Shown here in pieces: positions 18,552 through 27,348 of a stretch of 38,095 bases of DNA. Positions within the stretch are counted from its first letter, which is position 1; every line of letters begins with the position of its first letter. The stretch spans positions 1 to 38,095 of IMG/VR virus record IMGVR_UViG_3300050331_000090. The stretch is one strand, 5' to 3'. The position numbers were made by a program, and so were the translations under genes. The notes under the pieces were generated by a model that was given only the letters and a program-made list of their open reading frames with translations, ran no database searches and was not told the DNA's origin. The DNA is from a virus (taxonomy: Duplodnaviria; Caudoviricetes).

Positions 18552-20168
18552 TTAGAAGCGGCGGTTCATCAGCCCGGCGGTGAGTGGTCTTGATTCTTGC
18601 GTGGTCGGTGCTTCCGGCTCTAGGTGCTCTTGCGCCAAGACCGGAAAGAGAATCAGGGTGCCATACCCAAGGGCGTCAGGACCGTGGTCGTCCTTTTTGA
18701 CTGGCGTGTCGGTGTACTTGCCATCAAGATCTTTCTTGTAGCGGTACGCCAGCAATTCATCTATCAAGTTAGTACATTTTGCTGACACTTGTAAACTACG
18801 ATCCGCGATCTTCTTCCGCACCAGCGGCAGTCGATTCTCCAGGCGGTAATACTCTCGCTCCAAGACCGGGTCGAGGACGGTGATCCCGGCCTGGCGCCGT
18901 TCCTCGATCTCGGTCAGTCCGGCCGGGTCGGGGATGTAGAGCACCTGCTGCTGATGGGTGGAGTAGCGAATGAGGCCAGTTGCATCGGACGTGCGCTGTA
19001 CTTCCACGCCATGTTCCGACTCAAGCCGATCAAAGGCGTCTGAGACATTCTCCCGACTGATCTTGCCTCGGTTGTAGATCTCATCGAAGATGATTAGGTC
19101 CTCACCGTCCACTTGGCAGAATAGGTTGACGTTGGGATTTTCGGGACCAAAGCCAAAGTCCTCAAAGATATAGATCGGCTTCCAGGCGTTGACTTCATAA
19201 TCCTTCTGATACTTGGGATTCGGATTTTGCGGACCGATGACATTTTCTTCGAGCGAGAACTGCGGAAACACCAGTCCTGAGCGCTCTGGCTGGTTGCAGA
19301 CCCACTGCACCGACCAGACCTCCGGATCGAGCGTCAGCTTCTTATTGATCAGGTCTTCCCAGTGGTAATAGCCGTCGGCCTGCTCTAAGCCCGCTGGCAG
19401 CTCGTCGCCAAACACTTCCTGGATCTTAGCCATCAGCTCGGGATCATCAACCGGCAGCGGCTTCATGACCTCCCAGCAGCACCAGGAGTAGACTGGCAAA
19501 CCGCGCTCTTTAAACTCATTGATGGTGCGGATCATCAGTCCGACCGCATACTTGACGGTCGAGGTGATGATGGTGCGAGCTGGCACGTCGCCCTTGGACT
19601 GCGCCATGGACAGCGCTTCCTGGTAGACGGCGTAGGCCATCAGCTCCACTTCATCGAGTACGTTCAGCTGCGGGTGAGGGCCATTGACCGCGGTGGGTGT
19701 GCCGGCCAAGATCTGCAGCACCGAGCCGTTTTCAAAGGTGCCTTTGGTGGCCGTCAGCTTGCGAGGGTCGGAGTTCGAGGAGAAGGGGTTGTAGCCGTTG
19801 ACTTCTTTGATGTAGCCGTAGCAGCGGTCGGCCTGCTGTTGGATGGCACCGACGTTGGCAGCTTCGAGCCCAGCGTGCCGATAGGTCTCGATCGCTTCGA
19901 TCAGTGCGACATTCTGTGTCTTGCCGCCTGAGCGGTTGGCGTAGGCGATGGCTTGGCGAAATGAGCCAAACAGCGCGTCGGACACGAAATCGAACGGGGC
20001 ACAGTGGTTGCTGCAGATGGCGACCCGTGGAATGTGGTACCCGGTGGTGGCCTGAATCCAGAGGTGGAGCTTGTGCTTATCCTGCTCGCTTATCGCTTGG
20101 TCCAGTAACAGGCGCAAAGCCTGCGGCGGCAAGGAGTTGACTGAGGGCTGATCCGTCTTTGACATCAT
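18552..20168 (-). CDS. terL: Terminase large subunit
   Basis: Walker A ANRSGGKT, Walker B VLDEVE, nuclease EDFGF and DDHGPDALGY; exact start uncertain. Confidence 0.9.
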   Translation of the reverse strand: MMSKTDQPSVNSLPPQALRLLLDQAISEQDKHKLHLWIQATTGYHIPRVAICSNHCAPFDFVSDALFGSFRQAIAYANRSGGKTQNVALIEAIETYRHAGLEAANVGAIQQQADRCYGYIKEVNGYNPFSSNSDPRKLTATKGTFENGSVLQILAGTPTAVNGPHPQLNVLDEVELMAYAVYQEALSMAQSKGDVPARTIITSTVKYAVGLMIRTINEFKERGLPVYSWCCWEVMKPLPVDDPELMAKIQEVFGDELPAGLEQADGYYHWEDLINKKLTLDPEVWSVQWVCNQPERSGLVFPQFSLEENVIGPQNPNPKYQKDYEVNAWKPIYIFEDFGFGPENPNVNLFCQVDGEDLIIFDEIYNRGKISRENVSDAFDRLESEHGVEVQRTSDATGLIRYSTHQQQVLYIPDPAGLTEIEERRQAGITVLDPVLEREYYRLENRLPLVRKKIADRSLQVSAKCTNLIDELLAYRYKKDLDGKYTDTPVKKDDHGPDALGYGTLILFPVLAQEHLEPEAPTTQESRPLTAGLMNRRF

Positions 20169-20466
20169 GGGCTACGTCGACCGGCACAGGTACCGGCGAG
20201 AATTCTTCGTACAGCTTGGGGAGGAGATTGTCAGGACGACCTTTGCCGTGCTTACGGGCATACTCGGCCTTCGCCCTGATTACGCGCTCCGCAAACTCAG
20301 GATCATCTTTCTCCCAATTGTTGATGGTGTCGATCGAGCGGCCAATGAAATCTGCGCCAGCCTTTTTGATCGGGAGCTCGCGGTAGTAGCTGAGGAAATC
20401 CTCTTTGAGCAGGGCTATTTCTTGCTTTTGGGTTAGTTTGGGATTGGCTTTGGCTCTGCCTGGCAT
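20077..20466 (-). CDS. terS: Terminase small subunit (HTH)
   Basis: IKKAGADFIGRSIDTINNWEKDDPEF; GGAGG SD; directly upstream of terL. Confidence 0.75.
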   Translation of the reverse strand: MPGRAKANPKLTQKQEIALLKEDFLSYYRELPIKKAGADFIGRSIDTINNWEKDDPEFAERVIRAKAEYARKHGKGRPDNLLPKLYEEFSPVPVPVDVAHDVKDGSALSQLLAAAGFAPVTGPSDKRAG

Positions 20467-20468
20467 AC

Positions 20469-20666
20469 TCAAGCCTCCTGCATGGTGACGATCAGCTCTT
20501 TACCGCGCAGTTCGAGCATCTGCTGAACTTCGTCGCCTGTGGCAAAATGTTCGAGCTTGAGAAAACCCGCGTCTCCCTCGCCACCGGAAAAGCCAATGGG
20601 CGTACCCGTAGCAGGAATAGCAGCCTTGAAGGCAAGGACTGCCGGTTCGTTCGATCGTTTGGTCAT
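20469..20666 (-). CDS. Hypothetical protein, first gene of the late operon
   Basis: 65 aa, abuts terS, preceded by the extended -10 motif. Confidence 0.6.
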   Translation of the reverse strand: MTKRSNEPAVLAFKAAIPATGTPIGFSGGEGDAGFLKLEHFATGDEVQQMLELRGKELIVTMQEA

Positions 20667-20669
20667 GTC

Positions 20670-20685
20670 GACATAATATCATGTC
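20670..20685. promoter_or_regulatory. Extended -10/palindromic motif GACAT-AATATC-ATGTC (copy 1) between divergent genes
   Basis: 14/14 identity with 8259-8272. Confidence 0.55.
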
Positions 20686-20709
20686 TAGGTCGAAGGGGGC
20701 TTCTCTACT

Positions 20710-21195
20710 GTGCCAGACGACAAATCTTACGAATACCTAGCCAATGTTGCCCTCGACAGGCAAGCCTATGTTATCGACCAAGCTGACAAGATCGATATAA
20801 AAGTCGGCACCGTTCTGAGCAGCGGGACCCTAATCCTGCCGATCACGGCGGCACTAATTGTGGATTGGCAAAATCCGGAACCCATTCCGTGTGAGGTGAA
20901 AACTCTGATAACTCTGGCCGCGGCAGCATACGCAGTGCTGTTTTATTTCTTCTTCCGGGCGTTTAGGACTAAAGTGTGGAAGTTGTTCCCGCCAATGTCG
21001 CAATTGAACGAGCTAGCGTTTCATAAAACGATACAAGAGGTACACGATGAAATTATCCAGGGCTGCTCCGTCGGTCACCTGGATAATTTTGAAGCGCTGA
21101 AGTTCAAAGGCGCTGCGCTTAAGACCGCCGTAGTTTGCCTGGGCGCGGAGGTAGCATGTCTTACTGTCGCTGTGCTCTGGCTGCTATTTATCTGA
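20710..21195 (+). CDS. Three-TM membrane protein (moron; loosely Pycsar-effector-like)
   Basis: Three hydrophobic segments; ADKIDIK before TM1 and KGAALK before TM3; opposite strand to phage genes. Confidence 0.7.
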   Translation: MPDDKSYEYLANVALDRQAYVIDQADKIDIKVGTVLSSGTLILPITAALIVDWQNPEPIPCEVKTLITLAAAAYAVLFYFFFRAFRTKVWKLFPPMSQLNELAFHKTIQEVHDEIIQGCSVGHLDNFEALKFKGAALKTAVVCLGAEVACLTVAVLWLLFI

Positions 21196-21378
21196 TTTAA
21201 CGACTTTTTGGACGGTGTTTGGTTCCACCACCGGTCGTGCCGGATATCGACCACTCTCGTCGGTACCGTGGCCGCGCTCGAATTCGTCGAATTGGAAGCT
21301 GCTGACTGGTTTTAGAGGTGGAGCAGGCGGTGGAGGAGGGGGAGGGGGCGGTAGCTTCTCGTCGTTGTCTGGTGCCAT
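21184..21378 (-). CDS. Small polyproline peptide
   Basis: P9 run with mixed codons; GGGGGA SD-like sequence. Confidence 0.5.
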   Translation of the reverse strand: MAPDNDEKLPPPPPPPPPAPPLKPVSSFQFDEFERGHGTDESGRYPARPVVEPNTVQKVVKSDK

Positions 21379-21467
21379 CGAGTTCCCCCAAAATTGATCG
21401 CGTTACGCCCGCTAGAGCAGTGTTGAGTAAAGCATAAATCTTCAGGCCAACATCCTCAACCCAAGAG

Positions 21468-21782
21468 CTACGAGTTGTGGGTGTCTCGAAGGTGATGCGC
21501 CAACACCGGATACTGGCTGACCGACTTCTCGATCACCCGGCCACAGGCTAGGCACTTGTCGTCAGCATCCACCACCACGCCCTTCACATATTTGGGATTG
21601 CATTCAAAGCACTCGTTGGAGACCACCTGGTCACCCTTGCCGATCTTGCGCTTGTAGGCTTGTCGGCAGGGATAGCAGCGCTTGGGATCAGCGAGCTCGC
21701 GGGCACGATAAAAATCTTGTTCTTCCTGGGAAAATACGAAGGACTTGTGGCAGTCCACGCAAGGTTTGGTAATGGCGGGCAT
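21468..21782 (-). CDS. Zinc-ribbon protein (CxxC...EEQDFY...PKRCxxC) with a second Cys cluster
   Basis: CVDCHKSFVFSQEEQDFY...PKRCYPCR. Confidence 0.8.
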   Translation of the reverse strand: MPAITKPCVDCHKSFVFSQEEQDFYRARELADPKRCYPCRQAYKRKIGKGDQVVSNECFECNPKYVKGVVVDADDKCLACGRVIEKSVSQYPVLAHHLRDTHNS

Positions 21783-21829
21783 AGGTCGGTACGTCTTACC
21801 ACCATCCTACGCATTTACATAAACCGATG

Positions 21830-22258
21830 TCAACGAGGGTTTATTGGGATCTCGCGGCAGACCTCGATACGTGAGGCTCCCTTAGAGCAGGTAACCAGCA
21901 CGTTGGGATTGCTCGGGTTCAGTGCTTCAGCCTCAGTGTTGGTGCGGGGACTAGAGTTTGGTGTTGGCGAGGGAGTAGGGGTAGCAGTCGGCTCGATCGT
22001 AGGCTCGGCTGTTGGAGCCGGTGTTGGTTCCTGACTTGGCTCTACGGTTGGGGTTGGCGTCGATGTGACACTTGGCGCCTGACTTGGTTCTGTCAACTCA
22101 GACTCGATCACTGGTGTAGGAGTGACGACCGGCTCCGTTTGTTCAACCTGTGAAGCAGGGGCAACGCTTTCTGTATTGGTCGCAGCTTGCACCGTGCCAA
22201 AGATGACGACAGGCAGGGAGACGAGTGCCACAGCGATGATCGGTTTCGTTATAGTCAT
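21830..22258 (-). CDS. Exported Pro/Thr-rich protein
   Basis: Signal peptide ending VQA, PT repeats, short C-terminal Cys pair. Confidence 0.7.
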   Translation of the reverse strand: MTITKPIIAVALVSLPVVIFGTVQAATNTESVAPASQVEQTEPVVTPTPVIESELTEPSQAPSVTSTPTPTVEPSQEPTPAPTAEPTIEPTATPTPSPTPNSSPRTNTEAEALNPSNPNVLVTCSKGASRIEVCREIPINPR

Positions 22259-22266
22259 TTGAGTAT

Positions 22267-22295
22267 TTTATATCAGAAAATAATATAACTGTCAA
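22267..22295 (-). promoter_or_regulatory. Strong sigma70-like promoter, probably near-leaderless transcript
   Basis: TTGACA-17 nt-TATAAA, ATG 8 nt downstream. Confidence 0.7.
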
Positions 22296-22299
22296 GCAT

Positions 22300-22656
22300 C
22301 TAGTCTCGATCCAACCCATTTGATCGCGGCGCCCGACCATGACAGTCTTTGCATAGGCAGATCAGATCCCCTACTCGGCCATGATCGGATACGACTTCAT
22401 GACCAAGATGAGTATAGGTTCGATGGTGGGCTTCTAGGTTCAGCGGTGAATTGCACCAAGCGCAGCGCCAGTTGAACAGCTCGAAGCACTGCTTACGAAG
22501 TTCCTGCCACTCCTTCGAGTCAATGTGCTCCTGCCAGATCTGCTGCCGCGTCTTGTTGGCGGTCTTCAGGGTGGTTTGCCGCTGATTGATGGTGTAGAGG
22601 ATGGCGGCGCCGAGAAAAATGACGCCGGCAAGTAGTAGAGCAGGGCCGTAATCCAC
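22300..22656 (-). CDS. HNH endonuclease with N-terminal TM helix
   Basis: SKEWQELR...CAWC...LEAHHRTY...LICLCKDCH; hydrophobic residues 6-22. Confidence 0.8.
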   Translation of the reverse strand: MDYGPALLLAGVIFLGAAILYTINQRQTTLKTANKTRQQIWQEHIDSKEWQELRKQCFELFNWRCAWCNSPLNLEAHHRTYTHLGHEVVSDHGRVGDLICLCKDCHGRAPRSNGLDRD

Positions 22657-22680
22657 CCTTCCACATTACCAAATGTGCGG

Positions 22681-23907
22681 TTAGTTTATGACAGCCTTTT
22701 GACGGGCCGACACCAGTTCACAAAAGCCGTCTACCGACATCAGCCAAGCTTGCTGATCCGGCGAATAGGTAGCACGAATTGCGTCTGGCACTACCAGTTG
22801 CAGCTTGTTTTCATGCATTTCGTCGGTCTGGTTTGTCGAGATGGCTGTCTCAAGGGTGAGCAAATGCTTGTATTCGATCCTCTTCGCTTCCGAGAGAACT
22901 TGCCGCCATCTGTCTTTACAGGTGGACTTGGCACCCAGCATGGTCAGGCGCTGGCAGTCGAATTCCGGATCATGGTACTGGGTGACGCCCGGAAAGAGAA
23001 AGTCTGGCTTCGCTTTGACTTCGGTAACCTTGCCTCTGGAGAATGTCAGGCCACGTCTGGTGAATAACTCCTGCAAATGGTTCTCCAGTGCAAAGCCTAC
23101 TCTCGATTTCCGGCGGTTTTGCACTGAGAGCGAGTAATCAATGAAGCTCTCCACGTCCGATTCAAAACCCTGCTGAAGCCGGTCGGCCACCAGATGCTTT
23201 TCAAACGTTCTGAACAGTACCTCCTCTTTTGTCATCCATGCCATCAGGGTGCCGTCTGCATCGTGCTCGGCATCGACTTCACCAACCTGTTGTCTGGCGA
23301 AGGCAGAGAAGACTTTGGTCGTGGGAAACCTGTCTCCAAACTTGTGGATCATTTGATCCAGTGCCGGCTCCTGCTCAACTTCAACTTCGATCCCCAAACT
23401 TTCCAGAATCAGATTCCTGGCAAATCCCAGCCGATCCTGCTCCAGCTCAACTTCTTCCCGAAGTGAGATGCCCGGATGTTCGAGGGGCCCAATGCCAAAC
23501 AGCCACAGCATCTGGTTGGCAATGGTAGAGCCGCCCTCCGCGATAATGACCAGAAGTGACCGGTCTTGCAGCAGGGCGATGATCAGCACATCACCTGGCG
23601 CCGCACAGTCCACAACTTGAGAGTTGGGAAAATAGAGACGCCATTCCGGTCCACGGTGATCAACATGTTTTCGAGAGTCGTACCAGCTCATGATTGCGGA
23701 ATCCATGACTGGCTCCGGGTCAAAGTCGCTGAGATAAATGAGGCGTGCAGGGTAGGGAACGGTTTCGTCGGGAGTTCCCAGGAGTGTCCTGAGTTGCAGT
23801 CCACCGTTGAATTCATGCTGATTCGAAATGTGCCGGTTTACTTCCACAGCGGTCAGGGTTTTAGCAGCAACACCGACAAAGTAGTCAGCCAGCATTCCGC
23901 GCTTCAT
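22681..23907 (-). CDS. Type II restriction endonuclease, EcoRII-like
   Basis: SNQHEFNG, SVQNRRKSRVG, KPDFLFPG, KSTCKDRWRQV; ATG 23907 has a GGGGAG SD. Confidence 0.88.
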   Translation of the reverse strand: MKRGMLADYFVGVAAKTLTAVEVNRHISNQHEFNGGLQLRTLLGTPDETVPYPARLIYLSDFDPEPVMDSAIMSWYDSRKHVDHRGPEWRLYFPNSQVVDCAAPGDVLIIALLQDRSLLVIIAEGGSTIANQMLWLFGIGPLEHPGISLREEVELEQDRLGFARNLILESLGIEVEVEQEPALDQMIHKFGDRFPTTKVFSAFARQQVGEVDAEHDADGTLMAWMTKEEVLFRTFEKHLVADRLQQGFESDVESFIDYSLSVQNRRKSRVGFALENHLQELFTRRGLTFSRGKVTEVKAKPDFLFPGVTQYHDPEFDCQRLTMLGAKSTCKDRWRQVLSEAKRIEYKHLLTLETAISTNQTDEMHENKLQLVVPDAIRATYSPDQQAWLMSVDGFCELVSARQKAVIN

Positions 23908-24364
23908 GTAACTCTCCCCGAATCTCAATCTGCCGATCGTGACTGTCTCGAATCCAGTCTTCGAGCCGGTCGGCCAAATCTGCCTCGTTCAGCCGCTCGC
24001 GGCCTTTCAGTGAGCATTCCCAGACCACAGCCACTCGCCAGTCCAATGCCAGTAACGCTTCGCGTGCCCGCTGGTCGTTGGCCTTGTTACGTTCAATTTT
24101 GGATTTCCACCAGTCTACACGGGTGCCGGGCCACTTGAACAAGCTGCAATCGTGACCATGCCAGAAGCAGCCATTGACCAGTACGACCGTCCGGTATCGG
24201 GGCAGGGCAATGTCAGGCTTGCCTGGCAGTTTTGTGTCATGCAGTCGGAACCGGAAACCGCGTCGATGAAGCAGGGTTCGGATAATCAGCTCTGGTTTGG
24301 TGTTTTTGGAGCGGATACCGGACATCATGCGACTGCGCACAGCCGCATTCACAACATCCGGCAT
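23885..24364 (-). CDS. vsr: Very short patch repair endonuclease
   Basis: RSRMMSGIRSKNTKPE, LPGKPDI, GCFWHGH, VWECSLK. Confidence 0.96.
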   Translation of the reverse strand: MPDVVNAAVRSRMMSGIRSKNTKPELIIRTLLHRRGFRFRLHDTKLPGKPDIALPRYRTVVLVNGCFWHGHDCSLFKWPGTRVDWWKSKIERNKANDQRAREALLALDWRVAVVWECSLKGRERLNEADLADRLEDWIRDSHDRQIEIRGELHEARNAG

Positions 24365-24367
24365 GGG

Positions 24368-25630
24368 TCAGACGGCGATTGGGAGCGCGGGTTGTCCTGC
24401 CGCCAATGCCCGGTCGAGCATTTGCCGGGAAATCAAATGCGGTCGCATGGCTTCAGCTACTGCTGCCATGACTGGAACAACCACGCTGTTTCCAAACTGG
24501 CGATAGGCCTGTGTGTCTGAGACGGGGATCTTGAAGGTATCCGGAAAGCCCATCAGGCGGGCACACTCACGGGGTGTAAGTCTGCGCGGATTGTGCCCTG
24601 GCCCGCGGGAAACAAGAATTTCTGATCCATCCTTGTAGTAACGGGCAGACAGGGTACGGGCGACTGAGTCAGGTGTGACCAATCCATATCCAAATCCATT
24701 CCCGGCAGCGCGGTGCTTGGCTGCATAGTCTTGGAGGTATCGCCACAGCTTGTTGCTCAACGTGTACTTGCTGTGTACCTGAGCTGAAGGGCCAAATGTG
24801 TACGGTGGCTCAGCTGACTCAGTCCCATCTTCGGGGTGGAGGATTGACTTCAGCACCGGCACAGAATCAGGAATTCTGACCGTGTCCCAGTCAAAAGCCG
24901 TCTTCTCCCGAAATCCGACAATAAGAATGCGCTCCCGATGCTGTGGAACAAAGGCACCGCCGTCGATCACCTTGTAATGCACGTCATACCCAAGCTCTTC
25001 GGTGAGCGTCTGGAGAATCACCCTGAAGGTATTGCCCTTGTCATGGCTAATTAAGTTCTTGACATTTTCAAGCAGAAAGGCGCGGGGACGCTTGTCAGCA
25101 ATGATCCGTTGCACGTCGAAGAAGAGCGTTCCCTGTGTGGTGCACTCAAAACCATGCGGACGACCCAGAGCATTCTTCTTTGACACACCAGCAATACTGA
25201 ACGGCTGACAGGGAAATCCCGCCAGCAGGACGTCATGGTCTGGTATGTCTCTGGAAGCGTAGGGCACGATGTCACCAATGAACGGGTGATCGGAGCCAAA
25301 ATTCTCGATGTACGTTTTCTTGGCCCAGTCATTCCATTCGCTGGTAAATACACATGCCCCACCTGCGGACTCGAATCCCAGTCTGATTCCGCCAATTCCG
25401 GCAAACAGGTCGATGAAGGTGAAGGCGCTTTCGGAGCTATGGAAGCCGGAGAGGGCTGCCGGAACTGTCACGAGCTCTCTCAACGCTGCCTTGGCGATGG
25501 ACGGGCACACAGTCTCCTGTCGTTCCCAGCGGGCGACAGTTTTTTGGCTGACACCCAATCGCTCTGCCAGTGCTTTTTGGGAATAGCGCTGCCGGGCCTG
25601 CGTCAGCAAATCGTATGCATTGTCGTCCAT
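24368..25630 (-). CDS. dcm: DNA cytosine-5 methyltransferase (Dcm/M.EcoRII-like) with N-terminal HTH
   Basis: FAGIGG, GFPCQPFS, ENVKNL, QHRER, RTLSARYYKDGSEIL, QFGNSV; N-terminal SQKALAERLGVSQKTVARWE. Confidence 0.95.
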   Translation of the reverse strand: MDDNAYDLLTQARQRYSQKALAERLGVSQKTVARWERQETVCPSIAKAALRELVTVPAALSGFHSSESAFTFIDLFAGIGGIRLGFESAGGACVFTSEWNDWAKKTYIENFGSDHPFIGDIVPYASRDIPDHDVLLAGFPCQPFSIAGVSKKNALGRPHGFECTTQGTLFFDVQRIIADKRPRAFLLENVKNLISHDKGNTFRVILQTLTEELGYDVHYKVIDGGAFVPQHRERILIVGFREKTAFDWDTVRIPDSVPVLKSILHPEDGTESAEPPYTFGPSAQVHSKYTLSNKLWRYLQDYAAKHRAAGNGFGYGLVTPDSVARTLSARYYKDGSEILVSRGPGHNPRRLTPRECARLMGFPDTFKIPVSDTQAYRQFGNSVVVPVMAAVAEAMRPHLISRQMLDRALAAGQPALPIAV

Positions 25631-25675
25631 CGCTGCCTCCCCGAAGCTGCCCCGCCATGGGGAAATATTGAGGAC

Positions 25676-25708
25676 ATTTTGGCCTTTGACGTTCCCAGTG
25701 TCAAGGGC
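25676..25708 (-). promoter_or_regulatory. Promoter of the R-M operon with overlapping operator-like inverted repeat
   Basis: TTGACA-17 nt-CAAAAT; GCCTTTGAC-N9-GTCAAGGGC inverted repeat (1 mismatch). Confidence 0.65.
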
Positions 25709-25796
25709 GTATTTTGCAAGGGGGCACGATTAAGCGAATTCGTCCAAACAGCGTGGAAATAGCACCGCGTTCCGCCGTGTCATGCGGTGTGTGGAA

Positions 25797-26045
25797 TCAG
25801 GCCAGCTTGACATAGAGCACTTGGTCAACGTCCCATGTCTGGATCTTGACGCCATTGGTCTTGGCAGCCCTGGACAGATTGGCTCTTAGGCCTCGGATGG
25901 TTTGGCCTTCGTCGGGCTCAATCCGCGCAACGCTCCCCTTCTTCAGCTGACTGACGATCGATTGAGCTTCGGCTTGAGACTTGCTGACTTTTCCTGGCGC
26001 CTGAGGTGCTTCCTTTTCTGAGATGATCGTGTACGAAAGTGCCAC
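25797..26045 (-). CDS. Small basic hypothetical protein (possibly DNA-binding)
   Basis: AGGAG SD, 82 aa, Lys/Arg-rich. Confidence 0.7.
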   Translation of the reverse strand: MALSYTIISEKEAPQAPGKVSKSQAEAQSIVSQLKKGSVARIEPDEGQTIRGLRANLSRAAKTNGVKIQTWDVDQVLYVKLA

Positions 26046-26080
26046 CTGTTACTCCTGTCACGAAAAATCAAACGCTTGAG

Positions 26081-26116
26081 AAAAAAGAGCCTGGGGTAAC
26101 GTACCACGCAGGCTCT
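26081..26116 (-). terminator. Intrinsic terminator
   Basis: AGAGCCTG/CAGGCTCT stem followed by a T run. Confidence 0.75.
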
Positions 26117-26224
26117 ATGAAAATGGGTGACTGCGCTCAACCGATCGGAATTGAGTATCTAGTTCACCCGTCTTGCTAGCAGTGGAGCCCAAGCTGGCGT
26201 TCGCCAACAACCATTCCAGCGTTA

Positions 26225-26440
26225 CTAGCGTCTCTTTCTGCGATACCGCCTAAACGGCGTCAGCTCGCATTGCGAGGTCGCGGCGGCTGGCGGGATACGG
26301 CGTGGCGGGTCTTCGTGCCGCTGCCGCAATATCTCGAAGTCCAGCGCTACCAGCTCCTGGCCGGTCACCAGGTTGCGTATCCGCTTGAATGGGATGCCCT
26401 CCCTGGTTTTCCCGCTCTCGACGCACTTCCAGCGGACCAT
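26225..26440 (-). CDS. Hypothetical protein overlapping the ArdC-like C-terminus
   Basis: GGGGG SD-like before ATG; more protein-like than the overlapping ArdC tail. Confidence 0.4.
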   Translation of the reverse strand: MVRWKCVESGKTREGIPFKRIRNLVTGQELVALDFEILRQRHEDPPRRIPPAAATSQCELTPFRRYRRKRR

Positions 26441-27269
26441 TGAGCACCCCCAGCACTTGCTTGACCAGCCTGGAGACGATCTCCAGATCTCCCTTCAGTT
26501 CTCCCTCTTCGACGCGGTAGGACAACAGGTAGTCCCGGCTGCCGGCGTTGGTGACGCCAAAGCGTTGGCAGACGACGTAGCTGACGGTCTCAGCGTGCCT
26601 TTCCTGTACTTTGTGTTGGCCGCCGTAATGACCCGCCATCAGATGACAGAGTTCATGCACCAAAACCGCTACCTTCTGCGCCTCGTTGAGCTGGGCGTTG
26701 ATCTTGATGCTCGACTTACCGATCGCTACGCCATAGGCTCGGCCCAAGGGATGCTCGGACACTTGGAAGCCATACTTGCGTACCGCTGCCAGGAAGCCCG
26801 TGTAGAGTTCCGGCCAGTCGACCTCGCCATAGGGATCTTCCAATTCCCTGGGCACACCGAGGGTGTAGTACTCCGCCGTCTGAGTGATATCCCAGACATA
26901 GGTTGGGAAGAAGCCGATCAGCTTCTTGCCCAGGATCTCGCCCGTCACCTTGTCGGCGTCATTGACCAGCCACGGGGCGCGAATGGCAATCCCCCGCTCG
27001 CTGACCTTGATGTGGTAGCCCAGGGCTTCGAGCCGCTTGCGTCCAGCCACGGCGGTGGCGTTTGGGTTTTGCCACCGGATCAGCCGCTGGTTGCCATAGG
27101 AGTACTGGTAGAACTTGCTCCAGAAATCCATAGCTTCCAGAAACACATCGGTGTGCCCCTGGCGCATTTGCTCTTCGAGTCTGGCGATGTCCTGATCCAG
27201 GTACTCGGTGATTTCCTCCAGCTTGCGCTGGGCACGATCACTCTTGAGCCTTGGTTGTGTCGCAACCAC
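26250..27269 (-). CDS. ArdC-like ssDNA-binding antirestriction protein with HExxH metallopeptidase domain
   Basis: FYQYSYGNQRLIRWQNPNATAVAG...GIAIRAP...VWDITQT; VLVHELCH; AETVSYVVC. Confidence 0.85.
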   Translation of the reverse strand: MVATQPRLKSDRAQRKLEEITEYLDQDIARLEEQMRQGHTDVFLEAMDFWSKFYQYSYGNQRLIRWQNPNATAVAGRKRLEALGYHIKVSERGIAIRAPWLVNDADKVTGEILGKKLIGFFPTYVWDITQTAEYYTLGVPRELEDPYGEVDWPELYTGFLAAVRKYGFQVSEHPLGRAYGVAIGKSSIKINAQLNEAQKVAVLVHELCHLMAGHYGGQHKVQERHAETVSYVVCQRFGVTNAGSRDYLLSYRVEEGELKGDLEIVSRLVKQVLGVLNGPLEVRRERENQGGHPIQADTQPGDRPGAGSAGLRDIAAAARRPATPYPASRRDLAMRADAV

Positions 27270-27348
27270 TGTCTTTCTCCCTACTGTGAGCTATGCAGAA
27301 AAGGGTCTGCACACCTGTCAGTAGGAAGCCAGCTAGGTTGTTTCGCTC

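Noticed and set aside
25051-25404. Alternative-frame ORF in the R-M methyltransferase
   Set aside because: Short shadow of conserved motifs; the LxxIL...KYxLS element is already in the main frame
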